A stretch of 64,000 nucleotides of DNA from Octopus sinensis (lineage: Eukaryota), in assembly GCF_006345805.1 (NCBI RefSeq), contig NC_043009.1:50344001-50408000 (forward strand), in the 5' to 3' direction. A model generated the notes under the pieces. That model saw nothing but the letters and a program-made list of their open reading frames with translations. It was not told the origin of the DNA and ran no database searches. The position numbers and the translations under genes were made by a program. Of this stretch, positions 1-14,839 are shown piece after piece. Within the stretch, counting starts at the first letter, position 1, and each line of letters starts with the position of its first letter.

Positions 1-732
1 ATCACAAAGATAGATATAGATGCAATTTTTTTTTCCATTTATACCTATATATGAGCCTGTGAATAGCAACAATAATACATCATATTTTCTCGCCATCCTA
101 ACTCATATTGTGACATTATTATATAAAAGAATAAAAGTAAGAGTAAAAAGATATGAAATATCAGGTATTAATGTATCACATAAAATATAAATTTGCCAAT
201 TTTATTTGAAAAGTATTCCTTCAAAACCAACATCCAGTCAATTCCAAAATATTCAATAAATAAAGGGAAAATTCTTAGACAATACCAGAGACAATTCGCC
301 AATGTCACTAACTGGGAGAATAGATAATTCTAACCAAGGAATGAGTTTTATCAGTTGCTTCCTTATTATATTTTATTATATTTTTTCTCTTTCCTTTAAT
401 TTATTTATTTTTCACTCAGCTACTTTTTCCTGAAGACAATTATTTCATTGTATGATCAGAGACTGGCTTCAATAGCTTACTGATAAACAAGGGACCAATA
501 GATAGGCTGTTTTGGCAGACACTTTCTGCTTGATTGATCAACTCAACTGACATCCCTTTCCTAATGGCTTTTTCAGCCTGGCAATAATGGTTCTCTAACA
601 AAAGCAATGCTCTTGTCAGATATCTGAGCCAGAAAATGTCTCTGATTAAGTGGACACATTTTGATACGACACTAAATATAAGTGCCAATTGGTAATGGTA
701 ACAGTATTAATGAGAAAAAAATGGAAATGTGG

Positions 733-901
733 TTACAAAAAAAGTGTCCAGATTATTAAATTCACAAACAATGACAGGTCTGTCAAACAGGCTGTGTGGA
801 CTGAAGTAACTATATCCGCATTGCCATTATTTGCAATGTCTATGCTGTTTCCGTTTTCTACACCCCCTCGATCTTCATCCAATAAGTTCCTGCCAATTCT
901 A
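733..901 (-). CDS. Candidate terminal exon, unidentified protein with hydrophobic C-terminus
   Basis: After ...atatccag the minus frame reads RIGRNLLDEDRGGVENGNSIDIANNGNADIVTSVHTACLTDLSLFVNLIIWTLFL*. The acceptor is weak and no homolog is recognised. Confidence 0.2.
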
Positions 902-1147
902 CTGGATATTAATACATAGCAAGCTGGCTATATCCCCAAAACAAACTGTAGTTCTTTTGAAGATAAAGCCTGTACTTATTTCAAGTGAAGTTCTAATAAG
1001 CAAAATGGGAATTGCAATGTATCAGGTGAAATAATGAAATGTCAGTACCTTGTTACAGACATAGAGTAACAGTGTTCAATGTACAATAACAAGTTGAAAC
1101 AATATATGCATTAAAAAAAGCCATCCAAGTATCAGAGCAATGAGAAT

Positions 1148-1275
1148 AGTCTATCACAGAATGGAGTAGAATAAGCAGGTCTGTCATAGACAAAAGTAGA
1201 TTGAACAGGTGTCTCACAGCAAAAAAATAGATCAGATCCCTCTCTAGCAGAAAAAAATGTAGATAAGCTTCTTAT
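1148..1275. repeat. Degenerate ~30-bp minisatellite, cluster 1
   Basis: Units such as gtctatcacagaatggagtagaataagcag and gtctgtcatagacaaaagtagattgaacag in tandem. Confidence 0.6.
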
Positions 1276-1278
1276 AGA

Positions 1279-1385
1279 TAAACCATTTTGTTACCATTTT
1301 CCTTTTAATTTACGCTAGCTTTGTTTCAATTAATTTTGAAAATAATATAAAATTTAGGGAAATATCTTTTTATTAAGTGACTAGC
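1279..1385. mobile_element. Fragment of piggyBac-like MITE family 2
   Basis: aaccattttgttaccatt...ctttgtttcaattaattttgaaaataat is the reverse complement of the right half of the 61023-61657 element. The other half appears near 1930-2055. Confidence 0.35.
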
Positions 1386-2059
1386 CTAAAAGCAGCACTC
1401 CATGTGGACTTTTAAGCTAGCTCCTGTGAAGGGCTAATTGGGCTTGTGGCCCAAAACTAAATAGAGCTAAATAGCACAACTATAATAAGTCTATAATGAC
1501 TATATGCTCCGGTGGTGTTTGATAAAAGGTTAAGGACGGATGAGAATCAATTCTGTAATGCAATCATCCTATTGTTCCAGTCCCAATTTGAATTCCAAAT
1601 GTTGGCCAATTTGTCTCAAAGTTCTTATCTCATCATAAAATTAATAAAGCGAATGTCATTTATCTCCCCCTTGATCTTTGACATCTTCTGACAAATGCCA
1701 ACCAAGATGGTGTGAATCAGCCAAGCCTTACCTGCTAGAAATAGCAACCCAAATGCTTTTAAATCAGATGCCAATGCTGGATGCTAAAAAACAAATGAAG
1801 GGCAGATTTTCAATCCTGGGATCATCCTGATTCCAAAAAGATATAATATGTCTTTGTAGAGCAAATATAGACTGAGATACAGGGGTCCAGACAGACAGAA
1901 TTTCATGTTTATTATTATAGATGAGATTATATTAAGCTGGTATTTGGATCATAAATTAACTTAAAATTTTGACAGAGGGATTTAATTCTGATCAGTTTAA
2001 AACAGGAAATTTGTATCAAAGAACAAAGAGTGGTCTTGGGCAGGTTGATATCAGAAGAA

Positions 2060-2415
2060 TGAGTCATAGGATAAAGTAAAGAAGTCTCTCACAGACAAAA
2101 GTCAAACAATAAAGTAGGGTGAAATGGTCTCTTGTACATTAGATCAGAATGACAATAGAGGTCTTCCATAGATTGAATACAGAGTACAAATCTGTCAAAG
2201 AATAAAGTAGGATAAACAGGTATCATGTATACAAGACTGAAATGAACAGATCTTAACCAAAAGTGAAACGAACATATGTCATAGGTAAAATAAAAAGATA
2301 AAAATAAAAGCTGAACATGTTTCTCATAGATGTAAGTTGAATAAATATCTGTCTGATATTAAAGGGGAATGTAAGTGTTTTATACACAAAGTAGACAAAG
2401 TATTTCATATAACCA
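2060..2415. repeat. Degenerate ~30-bp minisatellite, cluster 2 (same family as 1148-1275)
   Basis: Recurrent tctc(t)catagacaaaagtag / tgaacag motifs at roughly 30-bp spacing. Confidence 0.5.
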
Positions 2416-5400
2416 ATTGTAGCTGGAATCACATATACATATGGCGAAGCAATAGGTCAAAGCATATAGATGACACAAAGACAAGTGTCCTGATATATCT
2501 AGTTACCTGAAACAGCACACAGAATAGGAAAATTGTGTGCTTTATTGATCAATAATAACAATCATAACCAAGCACATAGAAAGTGGGTTATTTTTCGTGA
2601 ATCATCAGTCAATTGCGAGAAGCAACTGTTGGCAGGCTGAAGGTGTACTGGAAAGATCTAACTGAATCAATAAAAAAAAAATTTGCTTAGGCTGGAATGT
2701 TGACGATTGCAACTCGTTAGCTCTTTTTCATAGCTGCTGAGAATGTGAGCTTTGATTTCACTAACCAAATATCAGTGTAGAAGAAAAAGAAATTATAGGG
2801 GCAGTTCTAGAATAAGCCAGACAATAGTTATACCAAATTGACTCATAAACTATAAACAAGTTTGGTAAACTAAATTATTCAGAAGCAAAGCTTATCATCT
2901 ATTCTCTTGGTTATTTTTGTTCATTTCTATATATAATTTTTTTTCTTTTCATTTTGGAAATCACAAACAGATTTTTTTTTTTTAATGAAATTTTCGATCA
3001 ATTAATCACCTGAGATGAAAATTTGTATTGAAACATGAGCAAAGAAATTTACTAAGATAAGAAATTACAATAATCAATGTGATATAGAATTGCTGGAAAA
3101 ACAGAATAATAAAAAAAAAAAGCAAAAGGAAAAGGAAAAAATCCAGCTTTTAGAATATCTAAGTCAAGAAGAAAACTTTTATTTCCAATCATTAAATATG
3201 GCTATTAAATTTGTCTCTAATAGATCAGTATGTCAGTATGAACTGATCGATACAGGAATAGACATCACAGTAGACATCAGAGTAGGTGAGAAATGGTTAA
3301 GTCTCAGTCAGCCATTTTAATTTCAGCCTTGATCATCTATCCATATATGAGGCTGCATTTTATATGGTATAGTATTCAAAGTTAGGAAAAAAAAAATACA
3401 TTAAGAAAAAAAAAAAAAAGATTTAAGAAAATTAAATAAAACAATTTATTCTTGCAGTCTATGGACCCATATTTGTTCTCTTAAAATATATAAATATAAT
3501 AGATAAAAATAGAACACATAAAACAAAGCTGGATTAAAAGAAATCACACATCACCAACAGCTTTTCAAATAAATTAATTACTATGCTTGCATGTGGTTCA
3601 TTGTAAGGAGTAATTACGAGAGAATAGATACAAGAGATATATTCATGAGGTAAGAAGCTCCTTTCTAATTGGGTCTTCAAAGAGAATATGGATATTTACC
3701 AATTTGGATAAGAACAAAAGAGATTATAGATGAACAAACATTTTGGTGAAAGCCACGCAATTAAGAGATGGGTTTAACAAAACTACATGAAACAAAACGC
3801 ATAACTTTTATTTCTAATGCTTTAAAAATATTTTTTCCCGTTAGTTTTCATCAATAATTCTCCATGTTTGTATGCGTTAGCAGGATGGAGGAATTTATGC
3901 ATTTTCATGGCTAACAGGTACTTTTCACTTTCTTGTTATTTATAACACAACTGTGCTGGTACTGCTGCAACACACAAACATACCAGACTGCATCCCAGTA
4001 AGAGCTCAAAGAATTGTCATAGTGGTTTCATTTTCAGCTACCAGAACACCAAAATGGAAAGAAAAAGACAAAAAAAAAAAAAAAGAAAAAAGGAATATTT
4101 CTTTATTGAATTTTTCAAACAAGAAAAATACATTACCTAACATTTTCATAGCCACTACAGCTATTTTAGTAACTTCTGCAGATTTTGAACTTTAAAAAAA
4201 AGTCATATAAAATACCTGGAGTGAGTACAAGTAGATTTTAAACACCATTTATACTGAGCAACTAGGTTTATAGATTCATAAACAAGCAATAGAATTCAGT
4301 CTTTAACTCAAGATGATTCCACACCATGAGGTCTGTAAGAGGTTTTATAAGACACCTCTTAAATGAAACATAATAAAAAAAAAATAAAAGATTTAAAAAT
4401 AAACATTAACCTATACAGTGACCAAAATCTTATTTCATTTTTCTCTTCTTTATAAAGAGAGGAGTTAATATCTCTGTAAGAGTTTTCACGTTTATTCATA
4501 TATTTTAAAAGAAATATGTGTTTCTTTAATTATTTTTTTATTTTACTTTATATATACATATATATATATTTATAAATGTATATATAATTCTTCCAGCTGA
4601 CATACACCTACCACCCCTATCTGATCAGTGGAAAGCATTGAAGAATAATTCCAAGCCAAAACTAAATCTTTTAACTACGATAGTGCATTTATGGCTGCAA
4701 TATGCAAACAGAGATAATAACAAATCATTGTAACGAAATGTTTCCATTTTAAAAGCACTTAAGCTTGTAATGGAGGAAATATTTCTAGCTTAAGCTAAAA
4801 CCAGAATCATTTGCAAAAGGAGAGAAGAAAGTAATCCACTTGTTCTAAATTGACAATTTCATTTCATTTACATAGAACTTCTGTATTTCTGCTTAAGGTC
4901 ATACTAGATTATTAAAGAGAATAAAATAAAGGTGGATAGAATTCCAGGTAATTCCTCATAGTTAGAGCCATTAGCCAGTAGAAGCTGTGCTAATTCCTGT
5001 CTGTGGGTATTGAAACCGTAGGTCAATAACTTGATTCTTGAAAGAGCAACTGCATGATGTCAAGTATTTTCAAATTGAGAAATAGAGATTATCCAAAGAT
5101 TTTAACTGATATCCAATAAATTTAAAACAGAACCCTTTAAGAAGAACCTACTGTAAATAAACCAATCAAAATGTAAATATTCACGTGCAAATATATTTAC
5201 CTACATCCCTGCATGTATGATTGAGCATCTAAGCATCATGTGCATTGAATGGAGGATGGATATGTTTGTGTGCTTTGTATGCATTATATTTCATGTATGC
5301 TGGGTTATGTGTGCATTGCATGTTTATGCATACATGTTTGTTAACTTGGAATAGTTGTGCATGTGTGTGCATTTTTCATGCTAATGTTTATGCAGATATG

Positions 5401-5781
5401 AGTGTATTTGGTACAGGTGTATGCAATGTTATACATGTTTCTACACATGTTTGTACTTGGCATACAAATTCATGCATATATTTCGTGTATGTGGGTAAAT
5501 TATCTTACATAAAAAAAATGTCAACTAAACAGTCTCATATTGAGTAAAGGGATTATTTTTAAATGATTGTTATATTATTGTCACAGAAAAGGCCTTGAAT
5601 TTTGACTTTAAGCAATATATCTTGTGAATATGGATTTTAGAGGGGTGATTAGTAAATGTCTCTTTATTTAATTTTAGTTTTGTTTAGCTTAAAGTCAGCT
5701 CTGATCAAGCATACTAGGAATTTTAGCACCTTGCTTCATAGCTTCTGCTATATCATTAACTTTATTCATATGATAATAATA

Positions 5782-5818
<37 letters not shown>

Positions 5819-5834
5819 CGACAACAACAACACC

Positions 5835-6670
5835 TTAAATAAAAGTGAAGCTGCTAGTGAATTGGGATATTAAAGAAGACAGCAAAAAAAGAGAAAAACA
5901 ACCCTTGGTATGTCCTGGACTGATTGCCAAAAGGAATTTGGAAGTATCCCAAACTCTTAGGAGACATTTTAGTCAAAATGAATAACAACTATAGCATGAC
6001 AAGGTAAAAAAAGATGTGAATTAAAGGCAGCCTAAACCCCATAAGATGTGGAATTTTATAGAGAGGTTCATTATCTCTGCTACTCTTTTATCTAGTCTTG
6101 TACTCTTAACAAGTCTGTTGAATGATACTACCAATGGTTATAGATGCTATGGACAGACTATAAATCATATCCATCTATAATGGGATAAATTTAAAATATT
6201 TACAAGGGATAATGCCTAATAGGAGAACCTACTAAAATTTGATCATAAATTCTTCCAAGACATAAAACTAAGCAAGACATTAGAGAAATGTGTCAAAGCT
6301 ACTAGAAGAGGCAAAGTCGTTAAAACTAAGAATTTAAAATTAAATACAGATGCCCAAAATGAGAGAATTGGAGCAAAACCAGTGGTACAAATACTTAAGA
6401 ATAAATGATACTGGTAAGATGCAACAAAGAAATGAAGGAGAAAATTAGGAAAGAGTCCTACAGAAGAGTCAGGGTACTATAAAAAAGTGAACATGATGCT
6501 AGAAATAATATAATAGTTATAAATATACTTCACATCCTAATAAAATTACAACTATAACAGAATAAACTAGAAGTGAATTACATTGTAGAGTTTAGACTGA
6601 GAAAACAGGAAACTAACAACATTCCAAAGCTACTACTGCAAAGAAAATATAAAGTTAAAATACACCTATC
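5835..6670 (+). mobile_element. Decayed R4/Dong-clade non-LTR retrotransposon, reverse transcriptase region
   Basis: Frameshifted translations in RT order: LGMSWTDCQKEFGSIPNS (cf. LSMAWIDYKKAFDSVPHS), PIRCGIL*RGSLSLLLF (cf. GIFQGDSLSPLLF), TINHIHL*WDKFKIF (cf. INHLLYMDDLKLF), KCVKATRRGK, ELEQNQWYKYLRI, EMKEKIRKESYRRVRVL*KSE. Many stops. Confidence 0.8.
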
Positions 6671-6951
6671 CTGCACACAATGAAGATTCCTCTGCATGCA
6701 ATTCTATGGAATATCTGAAACAGTAGACTCTCTCCACATAACACATATACTCTATACAATCATCACCCAGTAGAATAACACAGCTTACACAATATATAGT
6801 TACTCTTAAATAATATTACACAATATATACTCCACCGAATCCACCAGCCTATAACATAACGCAACACATTGACTTATATAATCCTGCCACCCTATTATAA
6901 TATTAACAGCTCACAGAACTCAAATCTTATGGACTTTCCACTTGTTTATAT

Positions 6952-7335
6952 GGGGAAGCACTCCGTCGGTTACGACGATGAGGGTCCCAGCTGATACGAT
7001 CAACGGAACAGCTTGCTCGTGGAATTAACGTGCAAGTGGCTGAGCACTCCACAGACACGTGTACCCTTAACATAGTTCTCGAGGAGATTCAGCATGACAC
7101 AGAGTGTGACAAGGCTGGCCCTTTGAAATACAGGTACAACAGAAACAGGAAGAAAGAGTGAGAGAAAGTTGTGGTGAAAGAGTATAGCAGGGTTCACCAC
7201 CACCCCCTGCAGGAGCCTCGTTAAGCTTTAGATGTTTTTGCTCAATAAACACTCACAATGCCCGGTCTGGGAATCAAAACCGCGATCCTACGACCCCGAG
7301 TCCGCTGCCCCAACCATTGGGCCATTGCGCCTCCA
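6952..7335 (-). mobile_element. tRNA-derived SINE, family B, full length
   Basis: tRNA-like head with A box and B box on the minus strand. Flanked by a 13-bp TSD cacttgtttatat at 6939-6951 and 7336-7348. Matches the 18828-19213 copy. Confidence 0.9.
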
Positions 7336-7693
7336 CACTTGTTTATATAACACAACCAATGATGCACATTCTGTATACAATCACTAACACTAAAACACAA
7401 AACACCAATTGCATAGCACATGGGAAAGATACACACTACCCCACAAAATAAAACAACTTGCATTGCATAAACTCCAGACCAATAGACAAAACACTTAAAT
7501 AACACAAAAATCTGTAAAACAAATTCCACAACAAAACAGTTTACAGACACAATTCTACTTCCCCAAAATTCAGTACTGCACACAGCTCAGGAACACATAA
7601 GTACATATAGTACTGCAGCAGAAACTCATAGAGAACAGATAAAAAGATGATGATTAATAATTAATAATACGAAATATGATGTTATTCACTTAC

Positions 7694-7720
7694 TCCATTC
7701 TTTGAATCAGCACTAAATTT
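7694..7720 (-). CDS. Candidate 27-nt microexon
   Basis: ctaac branch-like motif, then ccttcttgtag|AAATTTAGTGCTGATTCAAAGAATGGA|gtaagt. The length preserves frame (NLVLIQRM or KFSADSKNG). Confidence 0.2.
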
Positions 7721-9711
7721 CTACAAGAAGGATTTTTAATCAGTTGTTAGGGTCATTTATGGCTCCGTAGATTTCTTATAAAGAATATCCAGTTTTGAAG
7801 GATTGTACTGTGATTCTCTATGATTGCCAAGTTGTACACTTCTAATACCCAACAGTAGTGCCCCACCCCAAGGACATGGACAGACCTGCTATAATATTTA
7901 ACTTACCTAACAAATATTAGCCATATTAAGCTAAGCATTGCACTAGGTCAACTGACAGGATTATTTGATAAAGCCATATATGGAATTTCTTTGATCTAAG
8001 CTGAGCTTTAAATATGGCTCCTTCTTAATTATGGAAGAATCAAGACTCTATATTAAATGCTATACACGTCTGAGCTACAACCCTCCTTTTGATATGACAA
8101 CGACGTAAGATTAATATAATACTAAGTGAACTGAACGTCATTTAGGGTGATGAAGGGATAGTGAGAAATGGCGGTGCTGGTGCAGAATTGAGAATATTCC
8201 CATTTCAGTAAAAAAAAAAAAAAAAATTTTTCTGATGAAAATATGAGAACAAATTATTAACACACCTAAACCTTTTAATGAGAAATATTTAATGGGAAGT
8301 AAAAAAAATAATAAAATAAAAGAAGATACTAACAGCAAAGAGTTTCAATTAGAGAAAGAAAATAAAAGAAAAGAAAAAGAAAAATTAATTTGAAGCATAG
8401 AATTTGATATTCTGGAACATATATTTCAAAACACTGATATACATAGATAGACACATACAATCATATACTGTAAAGTTATATTACATGGGTGTACACACAC
8501 ACACACACACACACACAGACACACACACACACACACATATGCTGGAAAACTGAGATTTAAACTTTCCAAAATAGCAAAATAGGTATGATGTGGTTAGGTG
8601 AGGTGTGGTAGTGAAAAAAGTCTATAATTGTCACTTTATATGTAATTTTCAAAATAAGTCATCCTCTCTACATCAACCATGTTTTAAAGCCTAAATTTTT
8701 CAAGGGTAATAAATAATTCCTGAAGAAGTTGCATCTAGTCTGAAGAAATGGGAAATCTTTGGGGAGGAGAGGATAGGGAGGGAGGGAAAGGAGTTAGTAA
8801 GTAGTTTAGGGTTGGGAGTGGCGAGCTTAAATTTATAATGCAATTAGGGGGTGGAGAGAGAGAAGAGAGTACAATATGGGAGTAAAATAAATAGATGAAA
8901 TAGATAAATAAGGATAGGGAGAAGACATGAGTGCAGATTGTAAATAATAAGAAAGTGAAAGTGACTTGGAATAACAGCAATAAAGTATTAAGAAATTAGA
9001 CGCATACATACTGAAAATAATAATAATATAAATTCATGTTTTCTCGATCAGCTGTATGTATGTGTGAGTGTGTGTATGAATATGTGTGCATGTGTGTGTT
9101 CCTGAATACACACACATATATATATATATACATACATATATACACACAAATCTATTATATGCACAACACATACTTTCACACTGCACACAAATATGTGTGT
9201 AATTACTGTGTATATATGTATATAATAATATTAAGAAGAAAAAGGAGAAGAGTATATGAATATATGTATATTACATTGACACATATATACGTATTTCTAG
9301 TAATGAATACATAGGTATAAATATGTGTTTGTAAGGACAGATTAGAGAGAAACACACACAGACACACACACACAAAGTAGCCATATACATACATACTCTT
9401 ACACCAGAATGGCATTGTAAGCTATTCAACTAAAAATATCTTGTAGAATCTACTGTGTATGATTGAAAAATGTTGGGTATAAAAGCATAAGGAAGCCACA
9501 TTTCAAGGAATTGATGGGACAAGAGATGGGGCTGCAAGGAATTTCTAAATTAAACTTGTCAGTGAAATATATTAGGTTTGTCATAATTTACCATCTTCTG
9601 TCAGTGACTGTCGTTTATCCCTATAATTAATTAGTTAGCAGATAGTCTAGGACTGGAGTTACCTCATGAATGTGTGTGTGTGTATGTATATGTATGTATG
9701 TCTCAATATAT

Positions 9712-9761
<50 letters not shown>

Positions 9762-10363
9762 CACACATACACTCACATGCACACATACATACATATGCAC
9801 ACATGCACGCCTGAACGAGAAATAAATGACAGTTGGTATGTGGCTGGCTCAATGTCAATGTAGAAGAGCATCAAGGAGAGAAATAGGGGAAAAAAGAGCG
9901 AGAGAGAAAAAGAAAGAATGAGAGGGGGGGCGGAGGAGGAGGGCTCAGATGAGGAATGTGAAGAAGTGTAGGATGACAAAGGAAATTTCAGACAAACTCA
10001 TAATAGAAAAATGAAGACAGGCAAGAAGAAAAGATATAAAAGAACAAAAAAAAATACTTATATAGATGTTGAGATTAGTCATATATAAAAAAATATATAA
10101 GGGATAAATGAATCTCCATAGCTGGCTATTTTCTTCGTTTATTATTATCAATAAGAGTGATGGTGGTGGTAGTGAGTAGTAGTAGTAGTTTTAATTGTTT
10201 TTTCTGTTTAGTTTTGTTTTGTTTTGTTTCACATTTGGAAATTAGAAAAAGACCTATTATAATATGAAACACACAAAACTGTGAAGTTGGTTAATCTGGC
10301 TGTACACCAAGTTAACAGAACAGCAACAATATACTAATTTCTACGAGAGTATTTTTAATCAGA

Positions 10364-10395
<32 letters not shown>

Positions 10396-12715
10396 TAGAA
10401 AAGAGAGAGAGAGAGTGAGAAAGGAAAGCAATATGTCAGAAGTAGCAACTCCCAAACAGATTTTGAGACAAATAAAAGAAAAGTTTAACAATGCCGTAAC
10501 TGAAAATCTAAATGAAAGTCCATCGTTAGAGAAGTGTTTATTGTGCGCTTTAGAGATGAAAAGGTTTGTTATTTGAAAAAGAGAGAAAAGAAAAGAAAGC
10601 CATCTGGTTTGAGAAACTGATCTTAAAGAAGTGGTTAATTCTTCGCTAAGTTACCATAACGGAACTAGGATTGAGTTGATATACTAAATTTCATTTGTTG
10701 ATTTCCATGCATGGAACTTCTTTTTTTTTTCTCTCTCTCCACTTTCTTCCATCTACTCATTTCCCACCACCTTCCTTTTAAATCTCAGCTTTTGATGAAC
10801 TGATTAAAGGAATGAAAGAGATGGGAGTATGTGAGATGAAACAGCCAAATATAAACAGTCAATTAACTTTTGTGTTATATAGCATTGAAAGGGTTAAGTT
10901 TCACTGGTACAACTTCAAATACTGAAGAAGTCAATAGTGGCTTTTACAGTTTAAACCAGTAAAGCAGATATCTTGTATACAGTGTAATTCAAAGTGAGCT
11001 AAAATTCTTCCATTGCATACACAAGACATTTAAATTTTCCTGTCCATTACTGTTGTTCACAGAATTTTACTAAATCGTATTGGAAATTTAAATTGACCTA
11101 TAATAAATGCACAAATGTATATAAATATGCACCCAAATATATACATGTACATATATATGTATGTATGAATGTATATGTGTGTGTGCTGGGATGGGTGTAT
11201 GGTTGAAAAATTCATTTCATAACCGTGTAGTTTTGGGTTCAGTCCTGCTATGTGGAACTTTGAGCAACACTTAAAAGGAACTCATAAATGCTATTGTGAA
11301 GAGCATGGCACAAACCAACCTGAAGACTTAGTCTTCTATGACATGACAAGTATTACACACACACACACACACACACACACTTGTATATTTGACAGAATGA
11401 GTTTACATAAAAAATAATTTTTTCTTCAAAGGAAAAAAAATTTAGGCTTCTGGTCAATGTACATCGCAGCATGTTCAATTCAAGAAAGGAATGGTTGCTT
11501 ATTAGATTGAATCTGCATCTGGTTAGACTGCGTTAGCATATTTTTTGAATAGGTCAAACAAAGATTTCCTAAACAGGCAGATAGTAACAAATTTATAGAT
11601 GCGTATAGTTTACTGACCCACCATCACAACAACCAATGCTACCCCACTCTGGAATTCAAAATGTAACTTTATTTTGTCAACCTCAGAAGGTTAAAAAATG
11701 AAGTCAAATTTGGCCACATTTGAACAGAAAAGAATAAAATTAAATACTCTGAAATATTTACTTCTGTACTCAACCTCTTTTTCTAACTCCACCAGTCTTT
11801 GTTTGACTACATATAAATTATGCTCTTAGCTAGTAATAATCTTCTATAAACAAAATAACAGTTTTATTCACTTATTTGTTAAACTACTTTACATTTCTGT
11901 TTGTTTTTTTTTATGCAAACATTCATAGACTTTATTAACTGCAGTTTTCAAGCAGAAAATATGTCAACTGACAGTAACTGAACTCCATTTTCATCACTTG
12001 CTGGAAGACTGTGTTACAAATGACATTACAGACTTGCCTGTTATTCCATCTTTTTAAATTAGGTACTAAAAATTCTGTTGACCACTATGATTATTTTTAG
12101 CTGCACAAAATATGTAATTCAAACTGTATCAGTGAACTTGTGCCTTTTTTCAGTCTCAAATTTATACATGTAATGTTCAATATCCTTTGTATTAGAATCC
12201 TAACAGTTAGTTCACGATTTGTAGAGGGTTTCATTTATTAATATTTGAGCATTTTTTTATATTTTTATACAAATTGTTTGGAGGAATTATTCTAGTTGGT
12301 CATAATAACATTAATCATTCATCTATAAAGTTGGTCTTATTGTTAACCTCAAGGACAGCCCTGACTGAGTAGACCTATGATCAAAGGTTTTATAGTGAAG
12401 ACCATAGTGTTTCAAACCTAGGATTATACATTACCCAATGTGCCCTTCCTTTTGCAGATGTTACAGTATAAATTAAAGGAGATTTGACTATTATTTCTAG
12501 TAGATCAATCAACCACTCTAAGGTTCTTTTATTGGCTAGAAAGTAGTTTTGATATCTGGTTTTGGCTCTATAAATTGATACGAGTAAAGTAATATGCTTT
12601 ACTAAGGAGTACAAAACAGCAATATTTGAAATTATATGACCAGTAGAGCAGCACCTTAACTGAAGAACTAGTGTAACTTTTGTGACAGTGAGAGTGTGCA
12701 TGTGTGCAAACATAT

Positions 12716-12748
<33 letters not shown>

Positions 12749-13089
12749 CACATGCATGTGTTAAAGAACTCTAATAATTTAACAAGATGAAACCATTATA
12801 TGGTTTCCAATATAAGTTGTACCCTGCTTATCTTGCAGTTGTTGCTAAAGTTTCACAGAAGGCAGTAATCAGTCTTGCTTCACTTTTGTTCCAGTAAATC
12901 AGTAGATTCGCACCAATATAAGAAATCAATATGAAGTTAGGTTTTTAGGGATAATAGCAATGACAATGAGTAGAAAGGAATGTGTATAGATATTGTCAAT
13001 GATTCTTGAGATTCAGTTTTATAAGTAATGTTGAAGGTCTGTAAAGGTTAAGGTGACTAAAGCAGGCTTACAAAATGTTCTAATCTTGA

Positions 13090-13200
13090 CCATCCCATCG
13101 CTCTCTACATTGTCCAATATATCCTGTCTTTAAAGATAGTCAGCATGTAATCTGGAGATGATTTAGTTGTCATTTCTAGCAAATCAGGTGAACATATAGT
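13090..13200 (-). mobile_element. Old interspersed repeat family F (one of about a dozen fragments)
   Basis: gaccatcccatc...atttctagca motifs, also seen near 13570, 20370, 26290, 35060, 37840, 38630, 45560, 48900 and 53150. Confidence 0.5.
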
Positions 13201-14807
13201 GGTTTTCTTTATTGGCTCAGATTGAAAAAATAGTTTTGAAAAAAGTAGATAGTATAGTAGGAGACAGAAAAACAAGAAACCAACCATAAAGCATATTCTG
13301 TTCCATATACAATGGTTTAGTCATGAATATTTCTGTTAGTCTGTATTTCAATTATTTCATCACTAATGATTGCTTCACCACAATGAACCAATAGTGGCAC
13401 AGATGTAACAGTAAAGAACATATTACAAAGTGGTTCTGAGTTTTGATTCCACTGGACTAATGTCTTTTACTTTGTGAGTGGAGTTTAGTAGATGGAGGTA
13501 GCGTTTTCATATAAGTATAATTTTCACTGCTAAAATTTTCTGAAAAAGTTCGGGAGAGGCCTCAATGTGGTTCTTTAACCAACTAGAAGCTCATATAACA
13601 CCCTACCATCTCTTAAATAGGCTGGAAGAATACAGTGAATACTGTGGTACTACATACACTATATCTGAAAAAAAAGATAGGGTGGTCATAGTTGGAATGC
13701 CTTTGATTAGAGCTCTTCTACAACACAACTCACCAGTGGGAGTTAAATAATAACTTTCACTGTGTAATTATCATTACTACTTATATTTTCAATACTATGG
13801 TCATGTAATACTCATGTTAGCAAAATGTTAAAAAATTGTCACATTAACCATAATTTAGTTAACATACTACATTATCTCTCCACCTATCTATTTAACATGC
13901 AAAGAGAGGATTTATAATATTATCATATCATAAAAAAATATTAAAAAAAAAATAAAGTAACAGTAGAAATGCTTAATTGTGAATGCTGAAAATTAACTAC
14001 TTAAACATTTAATGATTTTAACTAATTAAACAAAAAAATAAAATAAATAAAATAAAATAAAGGTTTTTGTTGGTTAAAATATACTAAGAAGAAAACCAAA
14101 AATTAAAAAAGGGAATATCTGGAAGCCATTATGGAAAGAATAGATGCCTATCTCAGTCCCTATTGCAATAAAGTACAGCCAGAGAGAGTAATTAACAGAA
14201 ATTTCATTTATTCTAATAATAGCCATCAGATGACAGAACATAGATTAATGTTTCATGTTCCAATATTGATTAATGTATTTCAGAAATAACCAAAAATTAA
14301 AAAAAACAACTTCTATTTAGTAATTTATTATTATTATTATTGTTATTATTATTATTGCCGTTGTTGTTGGTATTGTTCTTTTAGACAAAGAAATTTTATT
14401 GCAATAGTTTACATGCCAAAGAAATTTTCTATAAATGGTAAAGCATAATTAAATTGGCATCTGGTAAATAGTTTTAGTAATGATAAACTATTTAGCAACA
14501 ATTGTGTTTAAAAAATGACAATTACCTTGTTACTAAATGTATTCATGTAAATGAATATTTACACGTTTCTACTTCTTTTCATTTGCTAATACAGACAACA
14601 TGCATATGTATCTGTATATACATGTGTAATCCTTTTGAGCAGGTAGAAATATTTAATATTTCTTCAGATAAAACAATATATTGTGTATGAATTACTTTAA
14701 GTTAGCTAAATCAATTCTCATGTGAGATTCCCAGGCTATCAATGAAAATTTTCATGGTTAATATTCACATAAACCAAGAGTGTTTATTAATGAGTGTGAT
14801 GATGGCA

Positions 14808-14839
<32 letters not shown>

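Noticed and set aside
8761-8786. Potential G-quadruplex ggggaggagaggatagggagggaggg
   Set aside because: A single motif in a purine-rich low-complexity tract, expected by chance, with no context linking it to a function.
10433-10563. MSEVATPKQILRQIKEKFNNAVTENLNESPSLEKCLLCALEMK followed by gtttgt
   Set aside because: It looks protein-like, but it is preceded by microsatellites, has a weak donor, and has no recognised homolog or supported downstream exon.
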